Below are positions 1 to 13,588 of a stretch of 64,000 bases of DNA, piece by piece. The translations under genes were made by a program, and so were the position numbers. The stretch is from NCBI GenBank assembly GCA_965637545.1, contig OZ281499.1:7812001-7876000 (forward strand), read 5' to 3'. This DNA comes from Phallusia mammillata (taxonomy: Eukaryota). The first letter of the stretch is position 1, and the number at the start of each line of letters is the position of its first letter. The notes under the pieces are model-generated. The model did not search any database. It had not been told where the DNA came from and saw only the letters and a list, made by a program, of their open reading frames with translations.

Positions 1-479
1 AGCATGTAACTCGGCTGCAACTTTTTATCAATCGTCCTGCGAAAACCACTACAATATTGTAACAACGAAAGATTACAGCAACTTTAAATTGGTCTTTTTT
101 GTTCACCCAAGCTGCATACGTAACGCACATTAACGTTTGTATAGAGCTGCGGCGACACTTTACAATCTTTGTCAACAAACATTGCGACGACAGGCTGTAT
201 TTACCAACTAAACACAATGTGGGCCTGGCTTGTAAAACCTAGCAACGGATATTGGGTGTCATATTTCGGCGTTTTCTGTGCTTGTCTACAGTGTAACTTA
301 GTCCACGAATGTAATGTATCGCGTCACACTTCATTTGCCATCTGTATCAACCTTGCTTAATTCTGTACTTAGTCTAGCATTATGCATCGTGGGTTTAGTA
401 TGGCGTATGCATGATGTATGTTCGTTTACATTACATGGCTCAGCTAAAATCTATTTCTGCCAGTCGTGTCACTTCGTTA

Positions 480-525
480 AACTTTGGAACTTAACTTTAA
501 CTTTTAAACTTGACTTAACTTTAAA
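480..525. repeat. Degenerate (AACTT/AACTTT)n microsatellite-like tract
   Basis: aactttggaacttaactttaacttttaaacttgacttaactttaaa: about seven imperfect AACTT(T) units. Confidence 0.5.
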
Positions 526-2864
526 AGAAACCTTTTCTGTGCCGTGACTAACTTCTTGCCCCAAAACCCAAGCAACTCGTTTAATACATACGTACTACAT
601 GTGAACAAACAACGTTTAAAGTGCCAAAAATTGCTTTACAAGTCCACAGAACAGCAAGCGAAATGAACTGAATCATGCTAAAAGGTTAGTTTACGAAAGC
701 CGCCACCTTTCCGCCAAAACCATAAATATGTCCCAACTTTGCACGTAGCCGGCATGACACATTATAGGATGCGAAACAAACGCATAATGGGAGGAAGTTG
801 TTGCTACAGGAAGGCGCGAGGATAAAGCGGATGACAGCTTCAACAATTTTTCCACATGGGCATAACAGTGTTGGTTTAATAAAACTTTCAACAAAGAGGC
901 TTCGAAGGCCAAAAAATCGGACAGGTTTGCCAGGATGCCGAAGTCCTGTTACAACTTGTGTATGTTTATAACACAACATATCATCAGTGAGCATATCGCT
1001 TTTTACGTCTATTTGGGCAGTTATTTTCCTCAATAAACTTTAAACAGATCCGTGTGTGTGTTGTTCTATATTATAAAATACAACAGGGGTGTGCAAAAAG
1101 TTGAAAAAAGGGTTGTGCTTCCCTCGAAAAAGTTTACATTTTAAATAGTGTGGCACTCTAATCTAAACTATTTGAGTGCGGTGCTTCCAATTCTTTTTTG
1201 TTTTGTTTCTACGCCGCTCAATACGTCTTCAACTAGTTTTCTGCTAAAGCGGCTAAAATCACTTGCGAATTTCAATGGTAGTTTTGAACTAAAAGAAAGC
1301 GTGTTTGATACCAAACAAAACAAGGTCAATTTATATAACATTAAAGTGCGGCTCTCAGTCTAACTCTGCATGTTAATTACGTCTGGTGAATCAGTCTTTA
1401 AGTGGTATATCTCTGAGATACATTATATCTGCTGGGCTAATCACTAAATCCTACCAAATTATCTCTTCTTCAAACGTTTTGCACTGCGTGTCGGTTGAAT
1501 GGTCCACTGGTCGTTTATCGAAAAGCGCGTTAAAGTAGTTTAAACTAATGATAGTTAGGTTATGACACAAAGGTTTACTTTGCAAAATTACATTCCAGGA
1601 AATCTGACTCAATTGAACGTATGTTAAATGAACAATTGATCACCTGCTGGACAAAGAAACCTTGTATATTTACTCTCACAAAATCGACATTTTTTCACCT
1701 TAAAACAAGACATAACTCTGTAGAAATCTATCTTTCTTTGATATCACAAACACTGGCAATGTCACAACTACTTTCTCCGTGAAAACTTGTGAGCGCATGA
1801 CCGTTATTTATGAACGACGGTACAAGAATAGCCTTATTATGTCACGCAACAGCTCAAATACCGTGCGTCACAAAGCAAAGACTGTGATGTTTGGTGTGTT
1901 TGAGTGCGTCCAGACTCGACAAGCGTGAGCAATAGAGCGTGTCGAGGTGGAAGAGGGACAACACGTGCTTTAAGCGCGGAATCCTTGGTATTTTATGGTT
2001 GGTACATCAACCCATACAGAGTTACTTTAGTTGTGCCAGAATGGATATTCACACTCGGCTGCTTTTTCGTCGTAAATTCACCTTGGTGGATCGAACTTTC
2101 GGCTCTGATTACAACTCAAAACCATTAATCATAAGCCTTTGAACGCACAGGATGCATCAGCATTTTAGGACAATGATCTGTGCTACCTCTTTAAACCAAT
2201 TTTCGTTTGTTCAAATATGTGACTAAATTTACCTTTTCAACAGGTGGTTTAGAGGTGTAAAATGATGTACTATATATTTGCCTTCGATCTTGTTTCTCAC
2301 TTATTTCATGTAACGAGAAACAAACGAGCATAAACTTATACTGAACATAGCAATGATCACCTGCTTGTTATTGGTCAACCTTAAACACCGAAAACTAAAC
2401 ATATTTTATGTCGTACTTAGGGTAAAGGTGATGGACACATTTGTCCCTTTTGCCAATTCTTTGTTGTCAGTGGTCACATTGCGTAATCTTGCGCATGTTA
2501 TAGAATCCACATTGCACCCTTCTCCTCAGCACTATTGCATTGTCACTGGTATTTACTTTCTTTGTAAATCACGCTTTCGCTGACGGTGATCACGTAAGCT
2601 CTTGTAACCATAGGTTGTTCCAATACAAAATCTATTATAAAATATACAATCCTTAAGTTGTTTTATTAACGATTTTTTACATAACATTGCGAGAATTCCA
2701 AGTGTAAAATACTTTCCATAAAACAAGAAGTGGGTAAAAAAACGCAGAAGCATTTGTCGTTGAAAACGGATTCAGGAATACAGCGACTACCGAGTAAGAA
2801 ACCCTATCTAACGTTTGTTCATAATTATTCCAATGTTGACATGAACAAAACAATGATTTTACAC

Positions 2865-3223
2865 TAGTGTTTCTTAACCTTTTTAGTGCTCGTACCCTTT
2901 GAGCGTATATAAAAGTTTCTCGTCCCCCCTGTCTACAATGGCCAAAGGAAGTAAACAAAATTGTAACAACAGAAATTAAACTCGTGTATTTATAACTTGT
3001 GCGTTGAATGCATGCATTAAAACAGTCTTGTAAGTTCAACAATATTTACAGCACACTAACAATCAGTCAATTCAAATCAGTCAAAGAAATATAACAAAGT
3101 AACTTGCTACGCATTCTTCACAAATATGCCTAATAGCGTATAATTTCACACTGCATGTCGTACCCCCGGCTTTGGTGCTTCGTACCCCCAAGGGGTATAC
3201 GTACCCCTGGTTAAGAATCCCTG
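2865..3223 (-). mobile_element. Non-autonomous hAT (Charlie-type) MITE, family A, copy 1
   Basis: Ends tagtgtttcttaacc...ggttaagaatccctg are imperfect CAGTGxTTCTTAACC TIRs. Flanks ttttacac/ttttagac form an 8-bp TSD with 1 mismatch. Subterminal cgtacccc repeats are present, and the body is homologous (inverted) to 32177-32514. Confidence 0.85.
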
Positions 3224-4652
3224 TTTTAGACCACCTTGTCAGTGGCTCACTTACAGCACTATGGAACTTTCGAGGATTACTATGTTGTAGGGATGGACTT
3301 TAAGGACGCCCGTAATAAAAACTTGTACTGACCTCTTCAAAAGTAATTGTAATTTACTCATACCGCCATCTTACGGAATATAACAAAATTGATAACAAAC
3401 ACATGGCAGCGGTGTAACTCATCGAGTACAAATATGAAAAATGGAGTAACCTATCAAAGGTGATTATTATTTTTTTAGAATCATATTAAGTTGTATCATA
3501 GTTGGGTTTTTCCCAAGAAGTTTGTCGGCTTTAAGTCATCGAATTTTAAATGACTTTACGAAATAAATTTTGTCCATGATTAACATTTAAACAAGCCTTT
3601 TGTAAATCTAAAATTAACTGAAGTCCTGTTAAATGTGTATTTATCAGCATTTCCCTTTCTTTGCCTTTAAGACCAGTTCGCTAAATGACCAGGAGCGCGC
3701 TGTTTGGGTAATCAGGTACTTACAAAAGAGTTTCTGGCTCGTAAAATAGGCCTTTCTTTGGGTGGCACAAGTGACGAAAGGTTCGGCTATACAAGTATTT
3801 TATTAAAAAGATTTTATAGTATTAATAAGCTGCACCGCCTAAATTAAACCATTGGGCGGTTTTTGGCTTCGGTTGGTGAGCCGTTTTTGCAGGTTTCTGG
3901 CCGTTTCCGAATTAAGGAGGCAGATTTGATATAAGACACATCTACCAAGGTGTACGTGTTTTGACGAGTGATTTGTGAGTTTCAGTGGAGTCATTACACC
4001 ACGTCGACAAAGGCAAATATATAAAACTAAGCCTTTGAATGTTTGGCGTCAACACCATTTGTTAGTTCAGTTCTCTAAGTCTAACAATAGTTGTGCCCTA
4101 CTCATTTAAAAACTACTAGAATTCAGAAGTGATTACTGGATACACTGTTTGTGCGCTTATTTTCACATGTTAAAGACTGTATGAAGACACATGCTTATAT
4201 GGCGCATCAGAAGTACCGTTTTAATATAGGTTTGTAAGTAGCCTAACATGTTGAAATCGTTTCCATCAATTTTGTTAAACAGCATCATTGTATATGACAA
4301 TAAGAAACAGCTTTATTTACAAAAAACAGCATCACTAGTAAGGTTATAACTTTGTCAAGCGTGCAAAGCCAAAGCCTAATCAAAGTGCACTCAATATTTA
4401 AAACACAATTTTCTTAAAACAATACAGTGACAGATAAAAAAAACAAGTGCAGCATATCACATTATAAAATCGAATATCTACCAATAGAAGACAGTTGCTA
4501 GTCTTAAATACTATTAAAATTTCAAGCTTTTCTATTTTCAACTTTTTCCAAAAGCAAGTTGTACTTACTGATTTAAAATCAAATTCTTGTGGAATATAAT
4601 TAATTCAACACTTTTAGTCACCGTTAAAGCGACAAAAACGTGATAAACAAAA

Positions 4653-6863
4653 TCACAATAACTCGTTAGTTGTGCGATATGTGTAGGGTGGGGGAGCTTC
4701 GTTGCCCGTTTCGTAGGGCAAATATATGTTCTTAAAGGCGTTGCCTTTTCCAGATTGTGCCTCAGCGATCTCTTGGTACGTTGGTGGATAGTCTGGTGGC
4801 CGAACAGGCTGGTAATGACAAAAACGGTTACAAGATAGAAATTGAGTGACTATGGTTAGGAATTGAAACACGTATTCTTAATTTTAAAGGATATGTATGG
4901 ATGTGAAGTGTCTGTTTTTAAGGCAAAAGTTTAACGCTTTAAGGAAAGGAAAGTCGTTTTGTGTAAAACGATTCATAAGAATATCTTCCAAATTGCTTGC
5001 TCTCTACGTGTTTTGAACTTTGTGATATTGTAGCATTTTTCAACAGCGTCGTTTAGCTGAACCAGTAACAATAAAAGTATTACATTTTCACATGAAAAGA
5101 AAACGTTGTTGTTGTGGCGCCATAGTTCCAACGGTTTATCAAAACATTGGCTGAACGTGCGTCGTCATACTGAATTTAATTTTGTTTTTCTCTGTAAAGT
5201 GTAGATGCGCTTGCTATAAAACTTCGTACGTTGTTTTTAGATGTTTTTATTATTTTATGTAAATAATTGGTCCCCATTGGCTCGAAATGCGTCCTTTTCT
5301 TCTTTGAGTTGAATTAATTTATTCGCTTGGTGAAAGAACACATTGCGAATTTATAACTAATAAGCGCAATTTTGACAAACGATTGTAGCGTTGTACAACA
5401 CCTGTGTGTAGACAACCTTACTATGAATAAAATTGGTCCCAACATTAAGTTTGCATCCGTCTACTGTAAGCAGGATAATACACTTAAAACGATGCACGTT
5501 TAATTCCTAATCCTGGCATTTGTTGCCGTTTTAAGCCAAAAAGTTTTTGTTAAGTTATTGTACCTGCGAAAGTGTTGGGTATATGGTATTTTCGGAATTG
5601 CTGGGAGTTGCGTTAAGAGCAATCGTAGTGTGTCGTGTGGTTCTGGAAGAGTTTCCAACTCGCCTCTGATGTTTCATTTTCGATTTCTTGCACCAATAAG
5701 TCACGCACCCGCTCAAGATCATTAGAGACAGACCAAGAATAAACCAAAAGTCTAAAAACCGGTACAAGTAGTGTTAACCTCCTTGCGAATTTAAACCCCT
5801 CACAAATCACAATTAAACATTACAACCAAACCCTTTATCAGACGATCCACAGAAATAGCAAAACAACAACTAATGAATTGATAACATGACAATCAGCTTC
5901 TAACCCATTCTTAAATCATAGCCATATAACTTGCTACCTAACCGACACATATTGATTTACTTCAAACACAATTCGGCGGTTTGCAAGTAAAAACGAGATT
6001 CAAAATTTGTGTAACATTAACTGAATTTGTCGCCCACTAACGATATTAAACGACAGGTAAATTTGCAACAAATTGTTATAAGTTAAAAAGGGCCTAATTT
6101 CATCTGGTTTGTCCGAATTTCAATGTTATGTTACATGTTTTACGGTTGAGGTTTAAACCTTAACATTTGAACAAAAACAAATGAAACTTACACCATCTTG
6201 CATACCACCGCCAGTAGTAACAACACTTGTCTCCGCAACAGTAAGCCGCTTGACTGAAAAAGTCTAAAATGCATTTGCGAGGGTTAACTGACGGGTTCAA
6301 TCAAATATTTTCACATCAAAGTAGAGTTACCTTCACATCTGTCGTCATCATCGTTGTCATTGCATTGTCGCCGATTGTTGTGTCTGGCCTGAAAACAAAA
6401 ACGAATGCGGTGAAATAAACATGTTCTTATGGATGTTTTCAACTGAACCCTGTGTCTTTGAGGCGAGTGATGTGAATTATGACAAATCAAAATCATTTAC
6501 ACCATCTGGAAGCTTTACTAAACTTGCAATATTTTGCAGACAACGTGGCTCGTATTTTATAGATACCACAATTAGTCCATTTATGACGTTTTGCATTGGT
6601 GAAAATGATAGTTTGGGCATTCATTTCATGCAATCAAAAAGTTCGGTTTCGGCCCGAACTTTTTTTAAAATTCGAAACATCGAAAAACAGCGTATTCGGC
6701 CGAAAGGTTTCGGCCAACCGAAACTTCGGTGCATCACTAATTAGAAACAAAGAAAAAAAATAACACCAATACAGAAAGCCTCACGATGACTTACCAATGC
6801 TGAAGCGGCTTGAATTATCAAAGGCAATCCTAACTTCCAAATTATGTGTTCTAATGTAATCAT
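4653..6863 (-). CDS. 156-aa single-pass membrane protein with signal peptide and cytoplasmic PPxY motifs (WBP1/VOPP1/TMEM92-like architecture)
   Basis: Exons 6863-6795, 6388-6331, 5751-5564, 4808-4653; all introns GT-AG and phase-compatible (0,1,0). Protein: MITLEHIIWKLGLPLIIQAASAL-ARHNNRRQCNDNDDDDRCE-DFWFILGLSLMILSGCVTYWCKKSKMK...IYPTLSQ-PVRPPDYPPTYQE...EAPPPYTYRTTNELL*. Confidence 0.8.
6640..6739. mobile_element. Solo right end of a TAGTGATG-type hAT element in intron 1 of the PPxY gene
   Basis: Ends in gcatcacta (reverse complement TAGTGATGC, like the TIRs at 43891 and 58601) and is preceded by a cluster of TTCGG/CCGAA subterminal repeats. No matching left end or TSD was found. Confidence 0.5.
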
Positions 6864-8715
6864 TTTCAGAGTAAGTTATTAAAACCCCTACAATAAACAA
6901 GCATAAAGTATAACATTATTTTGAACCGTTAGTAGGCATACTAAATCGTAATCCTTGATATTTTTCCACAAATCTACACTCTTAGTCATACTCTTGCTGT
7001 TGAAAACTTAGCTTTGTTGCGACTCCAAAACAATCACAACGATGACACTTTTATTATTTAATGTTGGAATACACTCTCATACATCATAATGAATTTGTTG
7101 TCAATAAAACTAGTGGGCAGATTTCGTAAATGAAAGCGGCAAACAAATAATCGTGACACAACAATGTGAGAAATTCTGTTTTAACTCAAGTCTAAACTCT
7201 AAACTAAGTAAACTCTTACACTGAAAAACTTGCCTTGTCATTCAGCTCCCCTTTCTTCAATTGCTAGCGTTAAGTTATGTGTAAAAGTTTCCAGAACTTA
7301 AGCGCTGCTGTTTTCAGAACTACCCCGGCTATAGGGCAAACAGTGAATACATTAATCTTTGCCTGCCTTCGTTTTGTAGAAATAGTAATTTTTCAACAAC
7401 CGGGTCTGTGATCTGAAGCATAGAATTAAATTTCCTGTTGTCCATCTTCGATACAAATGACAACCCTTGTTTACTTAAACTCTGCATCAAACTGTGCACC
7501 TTTATGCAATAAAATGTGCACAAACGTATAAAAAACAATGCAGAAACTCTCCAACACATATTAACCCACACCAATTTTTGCACGCCAGTTTTTTTAAGCG
7601 ATCACTTAAATGTACATCACAAGTATACAAAGCTTTGTCCCAAATCCGGTTCTAGTTTCTGTATGACCAGCTTCCAAGACAACAATACATGATCAAAAAC
7701 AACATAGTTCACCAAGCGAATAGCTAGTTACTTTATCATCGATAATAAAACAAACGCTCGATTTTCGGCACTGTCAACCTCACAATGAGTTTGCAAATCT
7801 GTTCCAAGTCCCGCAGACAATGCGCGTCACGTGGGAGTGACGTCACGCAATGGTTTTATTGTCAGGCAAACGGGAGGGTTTGTGAGATAGACTGCTGGGC
7901 ACACAAACATACGAGTCCGTCCCGAAAGCGCTTTGTCCCCACCGAAATTGAACTAACGAAACCGCATTTAAAATCCGCACAATGGTTGACAATAGAGAAA
8001 AAAAGGGCTTTGTAGAGTTCTGACAAGACTTAGCTACGCCACGAGTGTGTTGGAAACCGAAAACAAACGCATTGCGACTGCGAGCCTATGTAGAATTCAC
8101 GTTAGAGGACACCACTATATCATCACTGACACCATGCTTCCGTAGGTTTAACGCGTAATGAGCATGTGACTAATCAAACTACGCACATTGGGCGTCTACG
8201 TAAATATATATTTTGTAGTAATTAAACTAATAGCAGTTGTAAGTAATTAAACAAAACGCATTTAGTATCACGTATTAGCATTTTGTAAAAAAAGAGTTTC
8301 TAAATCATTGTGCGCAATCGGTAATTTTTGTGTGGTGTGCACTTTTGAGACAAGATTCCATTATGTTCTGAATTTAAGGTTAATGTGGCTTCCGTAATGA
8401 ACCAAATTTGTAAAAAAATCATGTTTGCCTCGAATTACACATTTTTTTCAAGAAGTAATTCGTACGTTCGAGCGGTAAATTCGATTGAAGGCACATGAAT
8501 CTAAATCGGGGCATCAGCACAGCTAGCGTAAGTATACTTTTAGTTGCTTAAAAAGAAAGGTAAAAGGCCAACACACATTGTTCTTGTGTGAATATACTAA
8601 AACAAAGTTAACATTAAGATAAACCAGGGCCTAAATATGACGTATGTTAAAATGAAAGCAAAAAAAACGAACAGACAAAGCAGTAACGAATAAACTATGT
8701 GGTTTTGGAATAAAC

Positions 8716-8772
8716 GTCACTTCTCTCGGCACACAGGTTTTGAAAAGAGTCACTTCTCTCGGCACACAGGTT
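8716..8772. repeat. Two-copy tandem repeat, 33-bp period
   Basis: gtcacttctctcggcacacaggtt occurs identically at 8716-8739 and 8749-8772. Confidence 0.9.
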
Positions 8773-9949
8773 AGAGTTAGACAAACCATGACCAGCCCAG
8801 ATGCAAAAGGTGCAACACCCCAAAAAAATCCTGAACTTTTAAAATTGCCCACTGGATGGTGGATACATTACAGGTCTGGCTGATTCTTTCCAAGTAAAGA
8901 ATTTAAAAATGATATACAGCATTAATTGCTAAACCGAATGACGTCATATTTTATCAGATGGGTATGCTATGTTTCTAAAAATAAAGGAAAAGTAAAACTA
9001 TACGATGCATGGTCAATGCTGTGCCAATATCTGTTTTTCAATTGAGGATCACTCAATGCAAATAAAATCGATTTCATAGCAAAATGTAGCAAAGTATATA
9101 ATGGATACACTGCATAAATAAGTCACTAAAACCCGAAACGTACAAGTAATAATTGCAGAATTTTAGCCTTTGGTAGGCCTACCACAGCCTTCTATTATTA
9201 CAATTTCTCTTTCGATTACACCGGGTTGTCAAAGGATGGGTCAGTAAGCCGCCAGAACGTTTGATTTAGCCGCATGTGGGGATAATAAATACGCTAACTT
9301 GTGCATATGTTAAGCTGCAGACAGTGTACACTGTTTCGACCTATAAGGTCTCATCAGTGCAGCTGGTGACGAGAGATCGGCCGCATTGGCTAGTATAGCC
9401 ATCAAACGGCACTCCAGTTTGTGGTGAGCAACAGGGTACAACCCCATACATCACCCAGTCTGTGCGATGCCACAACTGGGCATATAGCACAAATGAAACT
9501 GGCTCACAGTGGCCAAGCAACTGCTTGGGAACCACAGTGAAGTCGGCTCAGTGTCACAGTATCAATGTAAATAAAAATTGCTTATCATTTATTGGCTCAT
9601 ATGCTTTTACACTTATGCATATGTATTTCCACATTTTGTATTCCTCCATCAAGGTTTTAACCTCACCAGGTATTCTAGCTCTCTGCTGTTGGCATGTGGA
9701 TTCCTAAACAACAATAGGTTTCCGCAAGGACTACAATTTCTCTCTGCCACATTAAATCTTTAAGTCATAACAAAAATTGACTTCCATGGCAACATTTGGG
9801 CAAAGACGTGCAACAGTTGGCTGCTTTTCACAAAATGGGAGACTTTTATTGTATGGAACAGTGTCCGTACTATTTACAGCCACTGCTGCCTTTATCAATA
9901 AAACAACCTTGTTAACAGGAAAACGCCACGTTGCCAAATATTGACAAAT

Positions 9950-10300
9950 CAGGAAAAAAAGGCCTGATGTAAATATACAAGTATGTTTCTCAAACACTGT
10001 GCATTTGTTGAGCGTGTTGATTTCAAAATGCTTCCCTCAAATGGCTTATGGAGGTCGATTTGGACATATGACCAACATTCGCTCGTAGCTGTATTCTCCG
10101 CGTCTGCCCATTTCATAGTAATGGTATCTGCCCACGATATAGTAATGGTATACGCGATACACAATTTTGGTATGAATCGGAAAAACGCTTTGGCATTCAT
10201 GTACTCGAAACATTGCCGCAAGTATCGCATCAATTTTGTCGAGAATTGCTGACAGAGCAGGCGCCGTGATGGTTTGTTTGTCGTAAATGCGGACGTTTGA
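9950..10300 (-). mobile_element. Highly decayed LINE reverse-transcriptase fragment (possible)
   Basis: Minus-strand frames give SAILDKI..., FRFIPKLCIAYTIT and YVQIDLHKPFE, resembling RT motifs SKLLEKI, FGFRPKHST and FIDLSKAFD. The similarity is weak and frameshifted. Confidence 0.3.
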
Positions 10301-10587
10301 ACAGCGAGGCAGAAATAGCAATGATGTTAGTATTTCGTGCAGACAGTTATTTTGAAAACTTATTCCAGCCTTAGTCATAGTTTAGTTTCAACATCTATAT
10401 GTTAATAGCACAACGAAAGTTTTACAAGCAATATATTTCAGAATTCAATACACTCTGTGGCAAAAACTGTTAGTTAAGTTCGTTTTTTATGAAAAAGTTC
10501 GCTAAGCATAAAAACTTTAAAGACGAATTTAATACATAAGGATATCAATATTATTTCAGCTTAAATTTAGTACTAATCCTTTTAGAG

Positions 10588-13081
10588 CAGTGGTTCTTAA
10601 CCTGGGTTAGTTTGAACCCTTGGGGGTCGACAAAGCCGTTTCAGTGGCTTGACGAAGGTTCTCAATATTTAAAAAAATACGTATCATATGTTTGGCGATG
10701 GGTCCAAAAAGAATCTTCAGTTTCTTAAACACTTTCAATGTAAACCAGTAACCACTGGTAATGCCTGATTCTTCTGTGACGCGCGCAATAATTGTTATTC
10801 TTGTAAGCAGAAAAAAATACAGTTTATTGTTAGAAGAAAAACTAATTTCTAGAATTATTAGACTACAATTCTGCAATGTCTCCGTTGTTAATTGCCTATT
10901 TAGTATGTCGTCTTAAAAGGAAAGTGGTAAGAAGATTATGTAAGGTATGATTTTACTTGTGCAACAGAATCAGATGGAACACCTCGTCCTCAGTGCGTTT
11001 TTTGTAATAGCTAGTTAAGCTACTCCCAGCAAAGTTATAAAGTGCCAAACTTGATGATTTGGAGGAGAAGAGGGCTGGATTTGATTCAAATGCAACCTTG
11101 CGGATTTATTTCAATTTATAAACCAATTCTCACAGTGTCATATGAAGGTAGATATTTAATTGCGACGAAGGTAAACCGCACACGATAGGCGAGAGACTGT
11201 CATATGCTCTTCTCTTTAATGGCCAACACTATTTTGGGAAAAGCGTCTAAAGACAAACTTTCGTTGGTACCGCTATCAAAAGACGACAGTCTCATCTAGA
11301 TCAGGGCTTCCCAAACTTTTTTGTTCGCGACCCCTTTTAATCTCATTAAATTTTCCGCGACCCTTTACGGATAATATGATAAACAGTGCAAACGATTAGT
11401 TTGTTGTATTTTTTGAAACGCTAAATTTGAGCGAAAACTAAAAACAACCTACCGGTACTCGGAGTCTACTACTTTACGCGTTCCAACACCGATAACTTTT
11501 ACGTGCTTTGTCTTTAGCTTCTGTCACATTGTTTTGCAAATAGGCACTTGTCACAATTTCTTGTGGTTTGGACGTTTGCTGTGCGTCGAGAACATACGCA
11601 CGTTCGTAAAGGACAATTTGCCGATTTGGCAATTTTAACAACGATTTGTGTTTTAAGTAATTTGTTAGGGCGGAAAAATAAAAGTAAAAGCAATTCATGT
11701 TTCAAATCATGTATTGTTAACGCCTAAACTGAGGTCACCTGGACAAAATTCAGGCCGTTGCAGTTATTTGCAAACGGATATTAAACACTGCTTAGAAATC
11801 GTAGATTTATTGCCTATTTTTTATAAGAGAAAGTTATTGCGCTAAATAACACTATACGTCATGTTTATGCTGCATTAAAATGCCTGTGTATTTCAAAACA
11901 ATTGCAATTGTTGCGTTTCAACCGACCTCTGTTCGATCAATGGCCTGACTACAAGTGCGTTAGCGCTAAGCTGGAAACGTTTTAAAACCGACGTAACTTG
12001 AACAAACATGCCATTGTGACGTTATACAAAGGTCAAGGCCGGGGCTGTGCGGCATCCCCTCACCCCCGTACTCTACGCAAGATTACTTTCTGCAAAATTG
12101 GTACAGCTCTCTGCGACCCCCAGTTTGGGAAGCCCTGATCTAGATGATTTAAAGAGGAGTCCAACAAAGTTTAGCTTACAACTTGAAGAAACAACCTATG
12201 TTGCTAACTTATGCCAACTCTTCGCGTTTGTTTACATCTTGGGATTAGAGGTAGAGGTCAAACAAGAGTTTCTTATTTCTCGAGTACAGCTCGAGAAACC
12301 TTCTCAGGCAGTTGATGTGAAAAAAATCGTGGACAATTTCTTTACAATGAATGGTCTATTGTGGTTTCATCTGTGATTGAACTCCTGCCATGATAAGCTC
12401 GAAGTGTGGTTGAGGGGCTTTGGTGAAGAGTAAATCTCCACAAATTACTTTTACTCTGTGCGTCTTGTACCGACACGGCTTTGCTTCAGAAACATTGCCT
12501 CCTATGCTTGCTGTAGCTCTGAAAATTGCTATGGAACTGTAAATTACATGCGAGGACGCGCCGTCAATCATGGCAAACAGATGGATTCACAATTTAATGT
12601 TTTGCTTTACCATTATGAAGTTCACTGGTTGTCTCGAGAGAAAGTTGTAAGTCGTGTTTTTGCCTTACAAACAGAACTCAATTTCTTTTTTCATTGACTT
12701 ATTTGAACTTATTTGGTGAGCAACATCACCTCAGTTGTCAAATGCAAAGATGTGGGATGCTCAGTGTATTTCGAAAGAAATTGCAAGTGTGGCTAAAACG
12801 CATAGAAATTGACACTTTCGCCAACTTTTCACTTTTAGATGAGCTTATAAGCAGCACCAACAATGTAAATGACTAATTAGAGAAACTGAAGGCAGTAATT
12901 GCTGAGCAATTGAGTCTATTGAAAACCTTGTTTAAGTATTATTACCCTGACCAACGCCAATATCTATCTTCAACACAAGAAATCTAAACACATTTTGCAA
13001 ATGTTTGTGATATTGGGGATCGACGAAAGGTAGCAGAAAGTCGTAGGGGTTCGGTATATTAAAAAAGGTTAAGAACAACTG
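10588..13081 (+). mobile_element. Decayed hAT-Charlie (ZBED5/SCAND3-like) transposon with internally deleted transposase pseudogene
   Basis: TIRs cagtggttcttaacc (10588) and ggttaagaacaactg (to 13081); flanks ttttagag/ttttgggg (6/8 TSD). Transposase remnants: PRPQCVFC (BED finger), KPHTIGERL, KLSLVPLS, KFSLQLEETT...QLFAFV, LLYHYEVHWLSREKV. Many stops and frameshifts; the C-terminal dimerisation domain appears deleted. Confidence 0.9.
11302..12137. mobile_element. hAT-Charlie-type MITE nested in the decayed transposase
   Basis: Perfect 16-bp TIR cagggcttcccaaact / agtttgggaagccctg and perfect 8-bp TSD atctagat (11294-11301, 12138-12145), matching the Charlie NTCTAGAN target consensus. Confidence 0.95.
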
Positions 13082-13588
13082 TTTTGGGGTTTGGTTTGAA
13101 TTAAACATGCTAGGTTGAGGCCTAATTTCACATTTGTGTCGTAGTTTCAACATGGTAAACTTATAATACAGGCTGAGCTTGGGCTTTATTTGCTTTTGCT
13201 TTTTGGTTTTTGCCAGTTTTGGGCCAAACATTTGTTTTTTTATTTCTGTGCGCAGTGTGTTTTTATCTACATTGCACAAAACAATAGCGTTTTCACAGTA
13301 AAACGTGTGGAAGTACGTGGTCGGTATGTCTAGACAAAGGCGGTTTCAGTTTTCTTTTTGTCAGGATAAACTCGTTAACCTCATACAGCGCAAATTACAT
13401 ATTGAGTATTAAGGCATTTTTGCAATTTAAATTAAAGTTGCCAAAACCATCCGTAAAAATATCTCAGAAACATGGGCTTCTTTTAAAAAAAACAAATTCA
13501 TGGCAAAGTTTCTTTCTAAACGACAGATGTAGCTTTTCAAAAAGTGTGGTAATAAGACAATTGCAGTCACATAAGAGCCCACTGAAAG

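Noticed and set aside
169-2753. Multiple 60-115 aa ORFs at the window start
   Set aside because: No recognisable motif, no consistent splice-phase chain, and many rely on non-ATG starts; treated as chance ORFs.
7329-7680. Possible THAP/P-element remnant (KNWRAKIGVG...RLCT)
   Set aside because: The similarity is spread over different frames and too weak to support without a search.
8716-8772. CRISPR-like direct repeat
   Set aside because: Only two units, a 9-bp spacer, eukaryotic context and no cas genes.
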